NCBI GenBank assembly: GCA_019058445.1
Contig: JAHPZA010000003.1
Span: 64,001-128,000 of the forward strand
Source: Promethearchaeota archaeon
Lineage (GTDB): Archaea > Asgardarchaeota > Lokiarchaeia > Sigyniarchaeales > SOKP01
Reading direction: 5' to 3'
Length of the DNA stretch: 64,000 bases
The translations under genes and the position numbers were made by a program. Positions 19,468-29,011 of this stretch are shown here, piece by piece (within the stretch, counting starts at the first letter, position 1; the number at the start of each line of letters is the position of its first letter). Under the pieces are notes generated by a model. It made no database searches, was not told the origin of the DNA, and saw only the letters and a program-made list of their open reading frames with translations.

Positions 19468-20037
19468 TTAAAGATTTTTCAATAACTCCTCGAGTTGGCT
19501 AATCCTTTTATCTATATGTTGAATTGAATATTTCACATGAGAATGAATTTCTTTAATTTCATTTACGATATGTGAAATTTTAATATGAACACTTCTGTTT
19601 ATTTGGGGTTTTAAAGTGCTCATAGCTTTTGATTGTTGAACTTGAAGTAATTGAGAACCTAAATTATTTGAAGCGGTTGTTTTTGCGATCTGAGCTGAGT
19701 TGTTTTTTTGTCTAGATTCGCCAGGAAAACCATATCTTTCAGGACCTCTCTTGATTTCGCTTGATATATATTGAAATTCAATAGGTTCTCTTCCCTCTTT
19801 TATAACCTCATATTTAAAACCATTAAATTCTTTATTATTTTTGAGTTTGCCTGCCCAATTTGCGGCAATATATCTATGAAATAAACGAGATTGTAACCCT
19901 GCCCAAATCCAAATTAAATTTAATGGTTTATCTACAAACAAATATACACTATTAGTTTCAAAGAGCTTATCGGGATTTTTTGTGAGATTTTCACCGTTGA
20001 TTTTATATACATAATTAAAGTATTCGTTTTGTTGCAT
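19468..20037 (-). CDS. Single gelsolin-like domain protein with C-terminal coiled coil
   Basis: Gelsolin repeat signature SVYLFVD...IWIWAG...A..L...VIKEGREPIEF, then a Q/S/N-rich linker and a heptad-like tail. Confidence 0.8.
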   Translation of the reverse strand: MQQNEYFNYVYKINGENLTKNPDKLFETNSVYLFVDKPLNLIWIWAGLQSRLFHRYIAANWAGKLKNNKEFNGFKYEVIKEGREPIEFQYISSEIKRGPERYGFPGESRQKNNSAQIAKTTASNNLGSQLLQVQQSKAMSTLKPQINRSVHIKISHIVNEIKEIHSHVKYSIQHIDKRISQLEELLKNL

Positions 20038-20114
20038 ATCCCTTAGCCATTTTGATATTTTTTGTAAAAATTTGGATTATGTGGGAATTAAAAAAATATT
20101 CCCCATGTTTTTTT

Positions 20115-22025
20115 TTAAACTTCGTAAAATGTGGAGAGTGTATCTAATAATTCTTGTAAAGTCTCGAGTTCTGGAATAAAGAGAAAAGTGCCCTGAATCT
20201 CAAATTCTTTAATAATAACATTTGTAGTGATTACTAAAGAAAGTTCTTTCATCAATCCAATTTCTTCATTTAGGATTTTAAACAATTTCATGCCGGTATC
20301 TAAACTTATGTCCGGCGGCTCAGTCATCAATCTTATACTTAATAAATTCCCTAAAGCTGTAGTATAATGACTGGCTAATATATGACCGAGTTCTTTCATT
20401 GCATCAATATAAATTTCAGGAAAATCATTGATAGATTTCACGCTTCTTAAATCTATTTTTGCTTTTCCGTTATCACCTATTATGATAGAAGTCAAATTAG
20501 TGATGTCTGGTACTTTAAATAAAGTTAGAACTGTTGCTCTGGTTTTTCCTTGAACTCCACTCCAGGAGACAAATAATTTCATATTTTTCTTGCTCATTTT
20601 TTTGGCAAACTGATCAATAGAAACGACCTCTACTGAGGGAATATTGATATCTACTCGCTTATTTATCATTTTTGCTAAGGCGTTAGCAGCATTACCAGCA
20701 CCAATGTTTCCAACTTCTCTTAAAGCATCTTTCTGAATATCTGTAAGTTCTAAGTCAATGAATTTATCGAGCGCTCCTCCCGGTTTAACAGGTTCAACCT
20801 TATCATAGATATCTAATTTATTGAATAGACTTTTTATAGCTTTTAAGTCTGGTATATAGAAAAAGATACCATTCATCTGTAAATCAGTAACTTTAATTGC
20901 TGTTTTTATAATTACCACATATTCAGATTGCTCTTGAAGCTCTTTAGCTAAGAAATTTCCTAAATTGCCCGCATTGCTCATAGCAAATTCAGGAACATCA
21001 AAAATCATTTTTGTATTTAATAAATCTGCTAATGCTGAAGCATAATGTCCCGCGAGAATATTTCCAAATTCCGTGACTGTAGAAATAGCAAAATCATCTA
21101 AATCTTTTTTAGTTTTTACTTTATCCGGATTAATCTTTGACTTTTTGCCCGCTAGATCTGCTATTAATTTCATTAATGGAGTTAATTCAAACACTTGAAG
21201 TATTGTAGATAATGAAGGCTTTCTTATATGCGAAAATATTCCACAGACAACTTCTGACTCATTACCAAATTGACGAGGTAACTGTTCTAGAGAAATAATA
21301 CCAACATCCGTAAGATCTACATCTATTCGTTTATTTATTAATCTTGAAAGAGCTGTGACTGCATTTCCACTTCCAATGTTCCCTACCTCCTGTAGTGTAT
21401 CTTTTTGCATTTTGGTAAGCTTCACTATATCGTGAACTATCGGCTGATGTGGTTTATCACTTGAAGGGATTATAATATCTTCAGTTCTTATTCTAGCAGG
21501 AAGCTTTTCTGGGATATAACGCTCTGGTAATTGATTGATATCTTGAGAATTTCTCATTAATTGTTGATCAGGAGCTAATGGAACTATTAATGACTCAAGA
21601 TCTAAAACAACATATGTTTCCTCATCTAAGACTCCTACAGATCTAATGTATTTCATATCAATTTCAGTCTTGATAATCGCAGATTTATTCTGAAAAATTG
21701 AAATTGGGACTTCTCTCATGCTAATAACTGAATCCACATAGAGTGCAATATTAATATCCTGTAATTCTAATAAAACTAAGCGAGTATTTTTTGATAACTT
21801 TAAATGATCTCCATTTGAGTGAATCCTTTGTCCCATGGCTATTATTGTATAAATCTCCCCTCTAACATCAGCAATTCCCACAATTGATCTTTCTGCTAAA
21901 GGGATTGGAATAATTAATTCTGGAACATAAATTTCTCTTACATCTGTTATTTCAAGAAAATATATTCGATCATCTACATTAATTTCTACTAATTTTATTG
22001 TTTGTACATATTCGTTTTCTAACAT
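20115..22025 (-). CDS. CheW-CheC-CheC fusion protein
   Basis: N-terminal CheW (IPIP...IVGIADVRGEIYTII...ALYVDSV). Two CheC modules follow, with motifs EVGN, EFGN, EVGN and ELGH. Confidence 0.85.
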   Translation of the reverse strand: MLENEYVQTIKLVEINVDDRIYFLEITDVREIYVPELIIPIPLAERSIVGIADVRGEIYTIIAMGQRIHSNGDHLKLSKNTRLVLLELQDINIALYVDSVISMREVPISIFQNKSAIIKTEIDMKYIRSVGVLDEETYVVLDLESLIVPLAPDQQLMRNSQDINQLPERYIPEKLPARIRTEDIIIPSSDKPHQPIVHDIVKLTKMQKDTLQEVGNIGSGNAVTALSRLINKRIDVDLTDVGIISLEQLPRQFGNESEVVCGIFSHIRKPSLSTILQVFELTPLMKLIADLAGKKSKINPDKVKTKKDLDDFAISTVTEFGNILAGHYASALADLLNTKMIFDVPEFAMSNAGNLGNFLAKELQEQSEYVVIIKTAIKVTDLQMNGIFFYIPDLKAIKSLFNKLDIYDKVEPVKPGGALDKFIDLELTDIQKDALREVGNIGAGNAANALAKMINKRVDINIPSVEVVSIDQFAKKMSKKNMKLFVSWSGVQGKTRATVLTLFKVPDITNLTSIIIGDNGKAKIDLRSVKSINDFPEIYIDAMKELGHILASHYTTALGNLLSIRLMTEPPDISLDTGMKLFKILNEEIGLMKELSLVITTNVIIKEFEIQGTFLFIPELETLQELLDTLSTFYEV

Positions 22026-22050
22026 AGTAAATACTCTACCTCTTTAATTT

Positions 22051-22887
22051 TCAAATGTCATTTTTAATGATAATTCCTTTCCAAATGAGTTCTTTTTCCC
22101 TTTCTTCTTTAGAATGTTCAGAAAAAAAATCGGGTTGTTTAAATATTGAAATTTGACCCCCATTCGAGAATTCATACACATAATCTAGCATATCATCCAT
22201 ACTTGTGAAGTTAAAGCCTGCTATGCTCAATTCGGAATTGTTAACTATTAATAAATCCTCACTATTGAATAGGGTATATTCATCGTTAATTTCTAACCAT
22301 AATTCAGGAATTATCTCTTTTTTATCAATTGTAATTATATCATCCAGGGGTATATCCCGATACGTTTTATTTGTAGCAAAAATTATCTGGTCTGGAATAG
22401 TTTTAAGGAGTTTAGCAGTTTTATTAATCCCCTCTATTGCTTGAGTATATTTTTGTGAATCGAAGACATCATAGCACAAAACAAAAATAACTCCGCCTCC
22501 ATCTAATTTAGCTATTAAATCTACCACGTTTTCTGCATCTGAAGTTGGATTAATTTGTATATTCTCTACAAAAATATCACGAATATACTTAAAATATTGA
22601 TAAAATCTCCATTTCACTGCAGATTTATCATTTATCTCTCGACTAATGAAAGTCTGATAGAGATTTTGTAACTGCTTCTCTGATAGTTTTGAATAATCAG
22701 CGCTCGTGTCATAGTCATCCCCAATATTAACAAATTCATTTGATTTATTTGATTTTGATTTTTTCGCAACTTCATCTACATAAATCTTAAGTTCCTCTAT
22801 AGTAAATCCAGGCGCAATATATTCTACTAAATAAAGCAATCTCTTTTTGGATTTATCCTGTAATAAATCATAATATTGTATTGTCAT
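22051..22887 (-). CDS. Hypothetical acidic protein within the che operon
   Basis: 278-aa ORF, 25-31 bp from its neighbours. VDLIAK...IFVLC weakly resembles a restriction-endonuclease-like fold. Confidence 0.7.
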   Translation of the reverse strand: MTIQYYDLLQDKSKKRLLYLVEYIAPGFTIEELKIYVDEVAKKSKSNKSNEFVNIGDDYDTSADYSKLSEKQLQNLYQTFISREINDKSAVKWRFYQYFKYIRDIFVENIQINPTSDAENVVDLIAKLDGGGVIFVLCYDVFDSQKYTQAIEGINKTAKLLKTIPDQIIFATNKTYRDIPLDDIITIDKKEIIPELWLEINDEYTLFNSEDLLIVNNSELSIAGFNFTSMDDMLDYVYEFSNGGQISIFKQPDFFSEHSKEEREKELIWKGIIIKNDI

Positions 22888-22918
22888 TTTTTTTCTCCTT
22901 TATTTATTTAATATACAT

Positions 22919-24940
22919 TTAACCAAAGAAATATGATTCTAAATCAGAAATACTCATTTTTTCTTCTCCTTTATTTTTCAGATAGTACATAATTTCTTTT
23001 TCTTGATATGCTAACACATTTTTAATAGAGAATGAGATTATATACTCATTTTCTTCTTTAGATTTTGAAACTTTATTTTCGGTATTTGAAGATACTAATT
23101 CAAAGGTATCTGGTATTGTGTCTGTTATTAATACATCCTTTATTTCCACATTCGAATTATTTCTCATTGTAATACTTATCGCAAATTCATCTGCATCACG
23201 TCCAGGAAAGATTTCTTTTCCAATTGTCAGATTACGACGCTTATGTGTGACCTTTATCTTAGGTTTTTTCATGTCTGATAAGATATTTTTCACTACATAA
23301 TATTCAGGTATTTCGATTTCTGCCAGATTCTTGTTTTTTATATAATAACAGCTGACTTCTAACGGAAATTCATATGCTTTATTATAATCTGGAGTCATTG
23401 CCCGAATTGGATATGTCAGTTCTAATTGTCCATTTATCCCTATTAAATCCCTTATTTGATTATTCGTTAAATTTATAATTAATTCTAAAGCATGTTCCTT
23501 AGATGGATCATCATCTTGAGGTGTAATTTTGAGGGTAATATCATCTATTTTCATGTCTCCTGAAGAGTTTTTAAGCTTAATTTGTGCAAGATCAATAGGA
23601 GGCTTAAAATCTTCTGGAATTGTCTCATTAATTATAATACCTTTAATAGGAACAATGCCCGTATTATGAATAATAATTTTATTAAATAATTCTGATTCTT
23701 CAAATGACTTGATTTCTTTTTGAGAGATATCTTTTTCAAAATAAAATCCTATCACTTCAATTGTTGTATCTTCCACTTGTAAGCTTACATTAGTGTTTCT
23801 CTCAATAGCATAATCCAATGAATAAGTTAGCTTTCTTGAAAATTTAGGTTCATTCTCCTCATGAAGTTCCCATTTATTAGTATTAAATGTTTCACCAGGT
23901 CGTAAAATAACTTTATTTCCTTCCTTAGTCATATCTAAATCTACATATTTTGTAGATCTCGTTTTATCGGTAATTAAAACGTTTTTCAATTGCATAGTAA
24001 AATCACTATGATTCGCAAAGATAAATGAGCATTCCCATTGATTTGGTTCTGTTTCTTTCTCTTCCACATCTATGACATGCTTTGCGTGGGAATATGCTGA
24101 GAATTCTTTAATATCAGTTTCTGAGACAATATAATTTTCTAATTCATATGTCATAGTAATAATCCCCGTCCTAATCTGCTTATTTTTTTCTGGAATTATT
24201 TTAGCTATAATAATTACCTGTCTCTGTTCTCCAGGTTTTAATTCTCCTAAATTCCAAGATAATTTATTGTTTTTAATTTTTATATCTGCTTTCGAGTCGC
24301 TTGAACATTCTAAATCATAAAAATCCTTAGGAATTTCTTTTTCAGCATGAATATTTTTAATGATATAATTTGATTGATTATGTAAATCAATTAAAAATTT
24401 AACTGTATTTTCTTGACCAAATAACAAAATATATCGATCATCTTGACCAATCATAGGAATTTCTGTAAAATCCTTTACTGCTTTTATATCCTTATTAAGA
24501 ATCTCTATTGATTCATAAATCTTAAGAGGATCTGATAGATCATCTAAACTACTAATGTTGTATCTAATATTCTTATTAGTTTGTGGTTCAAATATCCCAA
24601 GACTCAACTCATTTTGAATATCTAAATTGGTATATTGAGAGCCTAAGATTTGAATGCGAGTATCCCACATTCGATCTTTATATGAATTATTTATTATTGA
24701 TACATTGCCATAGCCATTAGCAGATTTTCTTTGCATAGTATGATCATACTGAAATTCTAAAGTTTCCTCATTAACTATTGTAATTTCAGATATACTTTCT
24801 GCTGTTTTTGAAATTTGAACCTCATTTGTTTCATATTTTCCTAAGTGCTTTGTTTCTTCCATAAATTTGAGAGGTACTCCCAAAAAATTTGGACCGATTT
24901 TGGTCCTTAATTCAGTTTGATTAATGCATTTAAATCCCAT
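22919..24940 (-). CDS. Cytoplasmic multi-beta-sandwich (DUF11/Ig-like) protein
   Basis: Repeated N(T/S)G/S..I.(D/E)TIP..F modules and WNLGELKPGE. No signal peptide or TM segment. Confidence 0.6.
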   Translation of the reverse strand: MGFKCINQTELRTKIGPNFLGVPLKFMEETKHLGKYETNEVQISKTAESISEITIVNEETLEFQYDHTMQRKSANGYGNVSIINNSYKDRMWDTRIQILGSQYTNLDIQNELSLGIFEPQTNKNIRYNISSLDDLSDPLKIYESIEILNKDIKAVKDFTEIPMIGQDDRYILLFGQENTVKFLIDLHNQSNYIIKNIHAEKEIPKDFYDLECSSDSKADIKIKNNKLSWNLGELKPGEQRQVIIIAKIIPEKNKQIRTGIITMTYELENYIVSETDIKEFSAYSHAKHVIDVEEKETEPNQWECSFIFANHSDFTMQLKNVLITDKTRSTKYVDLDMTKEGNKVILRPGETFNTNKWELHEENEPKFSRKLTYSLDYAIERNTNVSLQVEDTTIEVIGFYFEKDISQKEIKSFEESELFNKIIIHNTGIVPIKGIIINETIPEDFKPPIDLAQIKLKNSSGDMKIDDITLKITPQDDDPSKEHALELIINLTNNQIRDLIGINGQLELTYPIRAMTPDYNKAYEFPLEVSCYYIKNKNLAEIEIPEYYVVKNILSDMKKPKIKVTHKRRNLTIGKEIFPGRDADEFAISITMRNNSNVEIKDVLITDTIPDTFELVSSNTENKVSKSKEENEYIISFSIKNVLAYQEKEIMYYLKNKGEEKMSISDLESYFFG

Positions 24941-24998
24941 GTTTATTTTGCTCCATTTGATTTATCTTTTATTTTTTATTACATATTTTTGACTAATT

Positions 24999-27089
24999 TT
25001 AATAAATATCATTTAATTGTGAGTATTGCAATTCGTTTAATTTAGAGTTTATAATATTAAAAACATCAAGTATTAAACAAATAGAACCGTCGCTCAGGAT
25101 TGTTGAGCCTGAAATATAGTTGGTAATAGAATATTCTGATTGAAATGGTTTCACCACCGCATCAATTTGTTCAAGAAGCTCATCTGCAATTAATATTGCT
25201 GATGAATTCTCATCTTTCTGACATAAAACTGCCAATTTAGTGTGTGAATTTTTCTTTACTTTACCATTACTATTTAGTTTCAAAAGTTTATCCAATTTAA
25301 TTATGGGTAGAAGACTTGAGTTGATTTTATAATATTTTGACTCTCCAACATACTCCAGAGAATCGGGACTATAAAAATAAATTTGTTTTATGTTTTCCGT
25401 AGGAATCGCGAAGATATCACCTGCGATTTTTAATAATTGTGCCTTAATAATTGCCCTACTAAAGGGTACAATTACTGAGAATTTCGTTCCGATTCCTTTT
25501 TCTGTGAAAATTTGAAAAGAACCTCCAAGTTTTTTAACCTTTTCATCAACAATAGCTAAACCCATTCCTCGTCCAGAGATCATATCTGCATCCGTAAGGG
25601 TTGAAAAGCCAGGCATCAAAAGAAATTTATTCAAAACTTCATTTGAAAGAAGTTCTACCTCGTTGGGAGTGTAATATCCCTTAGCAATGATATTTTCTCT
25701 TATTTTATCATAATTAATCCCTTTTCCATCATCAGAGATTTCAATATAGATTAATCCTGCTCTTCGATATGTCTTTAGTTTTAAGACTCCTGTTTCATTC
25801 TTATTTTTAGAAATCCTTTCTTTTGGTGATTCAATTCCATGATAAATTGCATTTCTAAGAAGATGGACTAATGGTGAATTAAGTTCTTCTAAAATTTTTC
25901 TGTCCATCTCCACATTAATGCCTTCTAGGATGAATTTTATTTTTTTACCTGTTTCTACCGCAACATCACGTACCAATCTTTTATATTTCCTAAAAGTTGA
26001 TTCTACTCTGACAAGTTTTAAGTCAAAAATGATTTCTTGAATATCAAGGAGGGATTTATCAATATTATCAAAAAGGATACTTATCTCCTGATCTTGTCTC
26101 TCCTTGAGTATTTGACTAATTTGATTTTTAATTATGATTAATTCTCCAAAGTAATCCATTAATTTTTCCAATGTATCAATATCAACTTTTATTCTTGAAA
26201 TTGTCGCTCTTTCATTCTGGAAATTGTCTATTATCTTAGACACCGGTTCAATTTCTCCATCAATGATTTCTTCTTCGTAAGTGTTTTCTTTTTCACTTTC
26301 CAGGCTACTTTCAAATGTGTTCTCATCCTGCATCTTTATACTAAAGTTAGTCAGAAGAGCTTCAAATTTGTCATGATTTAACTCTGTTATAACTTTATTA
26401 TCAATTTCAAGGATTTCTTCCAAAATTTGAGAAATTTGGGCTGAATTTTTTTGAGTAATATAGTAAATTTCAAAATCTCTATCAAAATTTCCAATTTCTA
26501 ATAATCGAGGTTCAGGATTACTATAACAAATTTGACCAACTTCATTGAGCGCTCTAAAAATAATAAATAAGCGTACTTTTTTAAATACACAAGTGGCCTG
26601 TAATCTGAGATATATCTTATAATATTTATTATTTTTAACGCTTAGTGTTTGTTTAATTTTATCCTGAGGAATTGGTTTAATAAAGGTAATTTCATATTCA
26701 TTCTCGAAATCATCAAAGGTATCTTTAATTTCGTCTAAAAATTTAACATCAATATCAGTATTATCCCCTTTTTTAAGTCTGCTCACTACTGTTCGAAGAA
26801 CATCAAGACTTTCAAAAAAGATTGAAGTAAATTTACTGATTTTTTCGGTTGAAACTTTATTATCTTTAGCCTTGTTCAAAAAATCTTCTAAAAAATGGCA
26901 GAATTTTGAAACGTTTTCAAAACCTGCCATGGCAGTCAATCCTTTTAAAGTATGGAATGCGAAAAAAAGTTCTTGAACTGGTTTTTTATTGCGAGGATTT
27001 TCTTCTAGCTTGAGAACTTCATCTTCTACTTTTTGGATAAGATCTTCGGATTCATTTATAAAAAGCTGAATATCTTCTTTAGATGCCAT
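24999..27089 (-). CDS. cheA: Chemotaxis histidine kinase CheA
   Basis: P1 FHTLKG, P2 domain, P3 LMDYFGELII, P4 HLLRNA/DDGKG/PGFST/SGRGMG, P5 SGSTILSDGSICLILD. Confidence 0.95.
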   Translation of the reverse strand: MASKEDIQLFINESEDLIQKVEDEVLKLEENPRNKKPVQELFFAFHTLKGLTAMAGFENVSKFCHFLEDFLNKAKDNKVSTEKISKFTSIFFESLDVLRTVVSRLKKGDNTDIDVKFLDEIKDTFDDFENEYEITFIKPIPQDKIKQTLSVKNNKYYKIYLRLQATCVFKKVRLFIIFRALNEVGQICYSNPEPRLLEIGNFDRDFEIYYITQKNSAQISQILEEILEIDNKVITELNHDKFEALLTNFSIKMQDENTFESSLESEKENTYEEEIIDGEIEPVSKIIDNFQNERATISRIKVDIDTLEKLMDYFGELIIIKNQISQILKERQDQEISILFDNIDKSLLDIQEIIFDLKLVRVESTFRKYKRLVRDVAVETGKKIKFILEGINVEMDRKILEELNSPLVHLLRNAIYHGIESPKERISKNKNETGVLKLKTYRRAGLIYIEISDDGKGINYDKIRENIIAKGYYTPNEVELLSNEVLNKFLLMPGFSTLTDADMISGRGMGLAIVDEKVKKLGGSFQIFTEKGIGTKFSVIVPFSRAIIKAQLLKIAGDIFAIPTENIKQIYFYSPDSLEYVGESKYYKINSSLLPIIKLDKLLKLNSNGKVKKNSHTKLAVLCQKDENSSAILIADELLEQIDAVVKPFQSEYSITNYISGSTILSDGSICLILDVFNIINSKLNELQYSQLNDIY

Positions 27090-27121
27090 ATAATCCCCTT
27101 TATCATTCTTTTTCCATATAT

Positions 27122-27511
27122 TTATTTCTTATCTTTAATTTTTAGAATACGCTCCATAACTTCTACAATCTGTTCAGTTTTGAAAGGCTTTTGAATAAAA
27201 TCTTTAGCTCCTTTTTTTGCCGCTTCAAGTACTAAAGCTTCTTGACCTAAAGCAGATACAACCACGATGATCGCCTTTGGATCAACCTTTAAAAGATCTT
27301 CAATAGTTTCAATGCCTCCCTTTTCAGGCATTACAAGATCCATCGTGACCATATCTGGTTTTAATTTTTTGTATAGGGCAATCGCTTCTTTTCCATTTTT
27401 CGCTTCACCGACGACTTCACCGTAATTAGTTTTTGAAATTATATTCTTCAGAATATTTCGTGTAAATTGGGCGTCATCAACTACCAATATTTTACTTTTA
27501 TTATTTGACAT
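27122..27511 (-). CDS. cheY: Chemotaxis response regulator CheY
   Basis: VDDA, TMDLVMP, VSALGQ, KPF. Adjacent to cheA. Confidence 0.92.
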   Translation of the reverse strand: MSNNKSKILVVDDAQFTRNILKNIISKTNYGEVVGEAKNGKEAIALYKKLKPDMVTMDLVMPEKGGIETIEDLLKVDPKAIIVVVSALGQEALVLEAAKKGAKDFIQKPFKTEQIVEVMERILKIKDKK

Positions 27512-27538
27512 TTTTCTAACTCCTATTTTTGGTTAATA

Positions 27539-28063
27539 TTATTTTGTTATTGTTTGTTCTTTTTCTATAATGGTTTGTTCTACTTCAGTTAATATTCTAC
27601 TCAAATCGAGTAAAATTCTAGGTCTATCTTTAAACTTTATAATTCCTTTGATATATTCAATTCCAACACTAGTTTGGAATATTGGACTTAAACCTTCAAC
27701 TAAATCAATATCAATATTGGCTATATCCAAAATACGATCAACTAAAAATCCTGTGTTCACATTATTAACACTAACAATGATGATGTATTTTTTCTCTGAA
27801 CTATATTTTTCTTCATTTTTCTTAGAATCTTGTATTCTATATTCGTTCAGATTTAATTTCTTGCTCAAATTTACAATATGTATAATTTCTCCTCTGTAAT
27901 TATAAATTCCATCAATAAAATCATAACTTTGAGGCAATTTTCTAATTTGGCCTGCCAATATTATTTCTTTAGTATCATAAATATTAATAGCAAATTGTTC
28001 GCCTTCTGTTTCAAATAAAATAACTGAAAGCTTATTTCCTTGAGTATAATATTCTTCTTGCAT
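27539..28063 (-). CDS. cheW: Chemotaxis coupling protein CheW
   Basis: FAINI..TKEII, LPQSYDFIDGIYNYRGEII, GFLVDRI, IKGIIK...ILLDL. Confidence 0.9.
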   Translation of the reverse strand: MQEEYYTQGNKLSVILFETEGEQFAINIYDTKEIILAGQIRKLPQSYDFIDGIYNYRGEIIHIVNLSKKLNLNEYRIQDSKKNEEKYSSEKKYIIIVSVNNVNTGFLVDRILDIANIDIDLVEGLSPIFQTSVGIEYIKGIIKFKDRPRILLDLSRILTEVEQTIIEKEQTITK

Positions 28064-28121
28064 ATTTTTTTCTCCTAATCTTTTTTTTACGCATTACAAA
28101 CTTTTTTTTATCTAAATTTTC

Positions 28122-28949
28122 TTACAAATTAAAATATCTGTTAATATTTTTCTCAAATTCGTAAAATGCCGTAATATCTCCATTAAAATTTTCAAGATGG
28201 GTTTTATATTTCTCCAGAAATTCATCAGCCATAAGATACATATATCTTTTAATAAGCGGAGTTATCTTTTCAACTAAGAAAGCAAAAATTACATTTTTCT
28301 TAGTAATCGTGTAAAATAGCTGATTTCCGAAATTTATCTCTTTTAATTTCCCCCCTGTCTCTTTACCGATGACAAATTGTGAAAATGAAAAAAGTGCTGA
28401 AATAAAACCTCCTATTTGAACTTCTCCATCAATAATGTCAGTCCGTTTTCCCATAATTTTTGTAAAAAGTGGACATCCAGCAGTATCAATAATAAAAATA
28501 CCAATTATTCCCTCTATTACAGGTATTTCGATTGAGTTTTTAATAGTATTCTTAATCTCATCGATAGTATGATTATCAGTACAATATTTAATAATACTCT
28601 TAGAGTGTAAATATAATTCAGAATATTGGAGAGTACTTTCTTTTTCATAAAGATAAATTAGAATTAGTTTCTCTAACTCTTTTTTATTCTTGAAAAAGTT
28701 AAGAAATACAGAGAAATCATCTAAAGGAATAATGGAATTTCCACTATCTTTTTTGATTATTTCCATCTTGAAAAGATGTAATATATTTTGTATCATGGGC
28801 ATTCCAATACCAATTTGGTAAAGTACTTCAGAACTAAAATCTTCTGACTCAATGTTTTTGAAAGTAATTTTGATCAAACCAATGCCTAGCACTTCCAACA
28901 TTCTTGGATTATTAACACGTCTGTCCATGCTTATCATCGAGACTACCAA
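28122..28949 (-). CDS. Longin-domain protein, first gene of the che operon; start uncertain
   Basis: C-terminal longin pattern IFIIDTAGCPLF...IGGFISALFSFS...LKEINFG...FAFLV...FNGDITAF. Confidence 0.75.
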   Translation of the reverse strand: MVVSMISMDRRVNNPRMLEVLGIGLIKITFKNIESEDFSSEVLYQIGIGMPMIQNILHLFKMEIIKKDSGNSIIPLDDFSVFLNFFKNKKELEKLILIYLYEKESTLQYSELYLHSKSIIKYCTDNHTIDEIKNTIKNSIEIPVIEGIIGIFIIDTAGCPLFTKIMGKRTDIIDGEVQIGGFISALFSFSQFVIGKETGGKLKEINFGNQLFYTITKKNVIFAFLVEKITPLIKRYMYLMADEFLEKYKTHLENFNGDITAFYEFEKNINRYFNL

Positions 28950-29011
28950 ATTAGCTTTCTATAAATATATCCCCTAAATATACAATAATTCATTTATTGA
29001 TACTTATATTT

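Noticed and set aside
19468-19600. Gelsolin coiled-coil tail (QLEE) as a CheR methylation site
   Set aside because: It lacks the small-residue context of the MCP methylation consensus, so the idea is too speculative.
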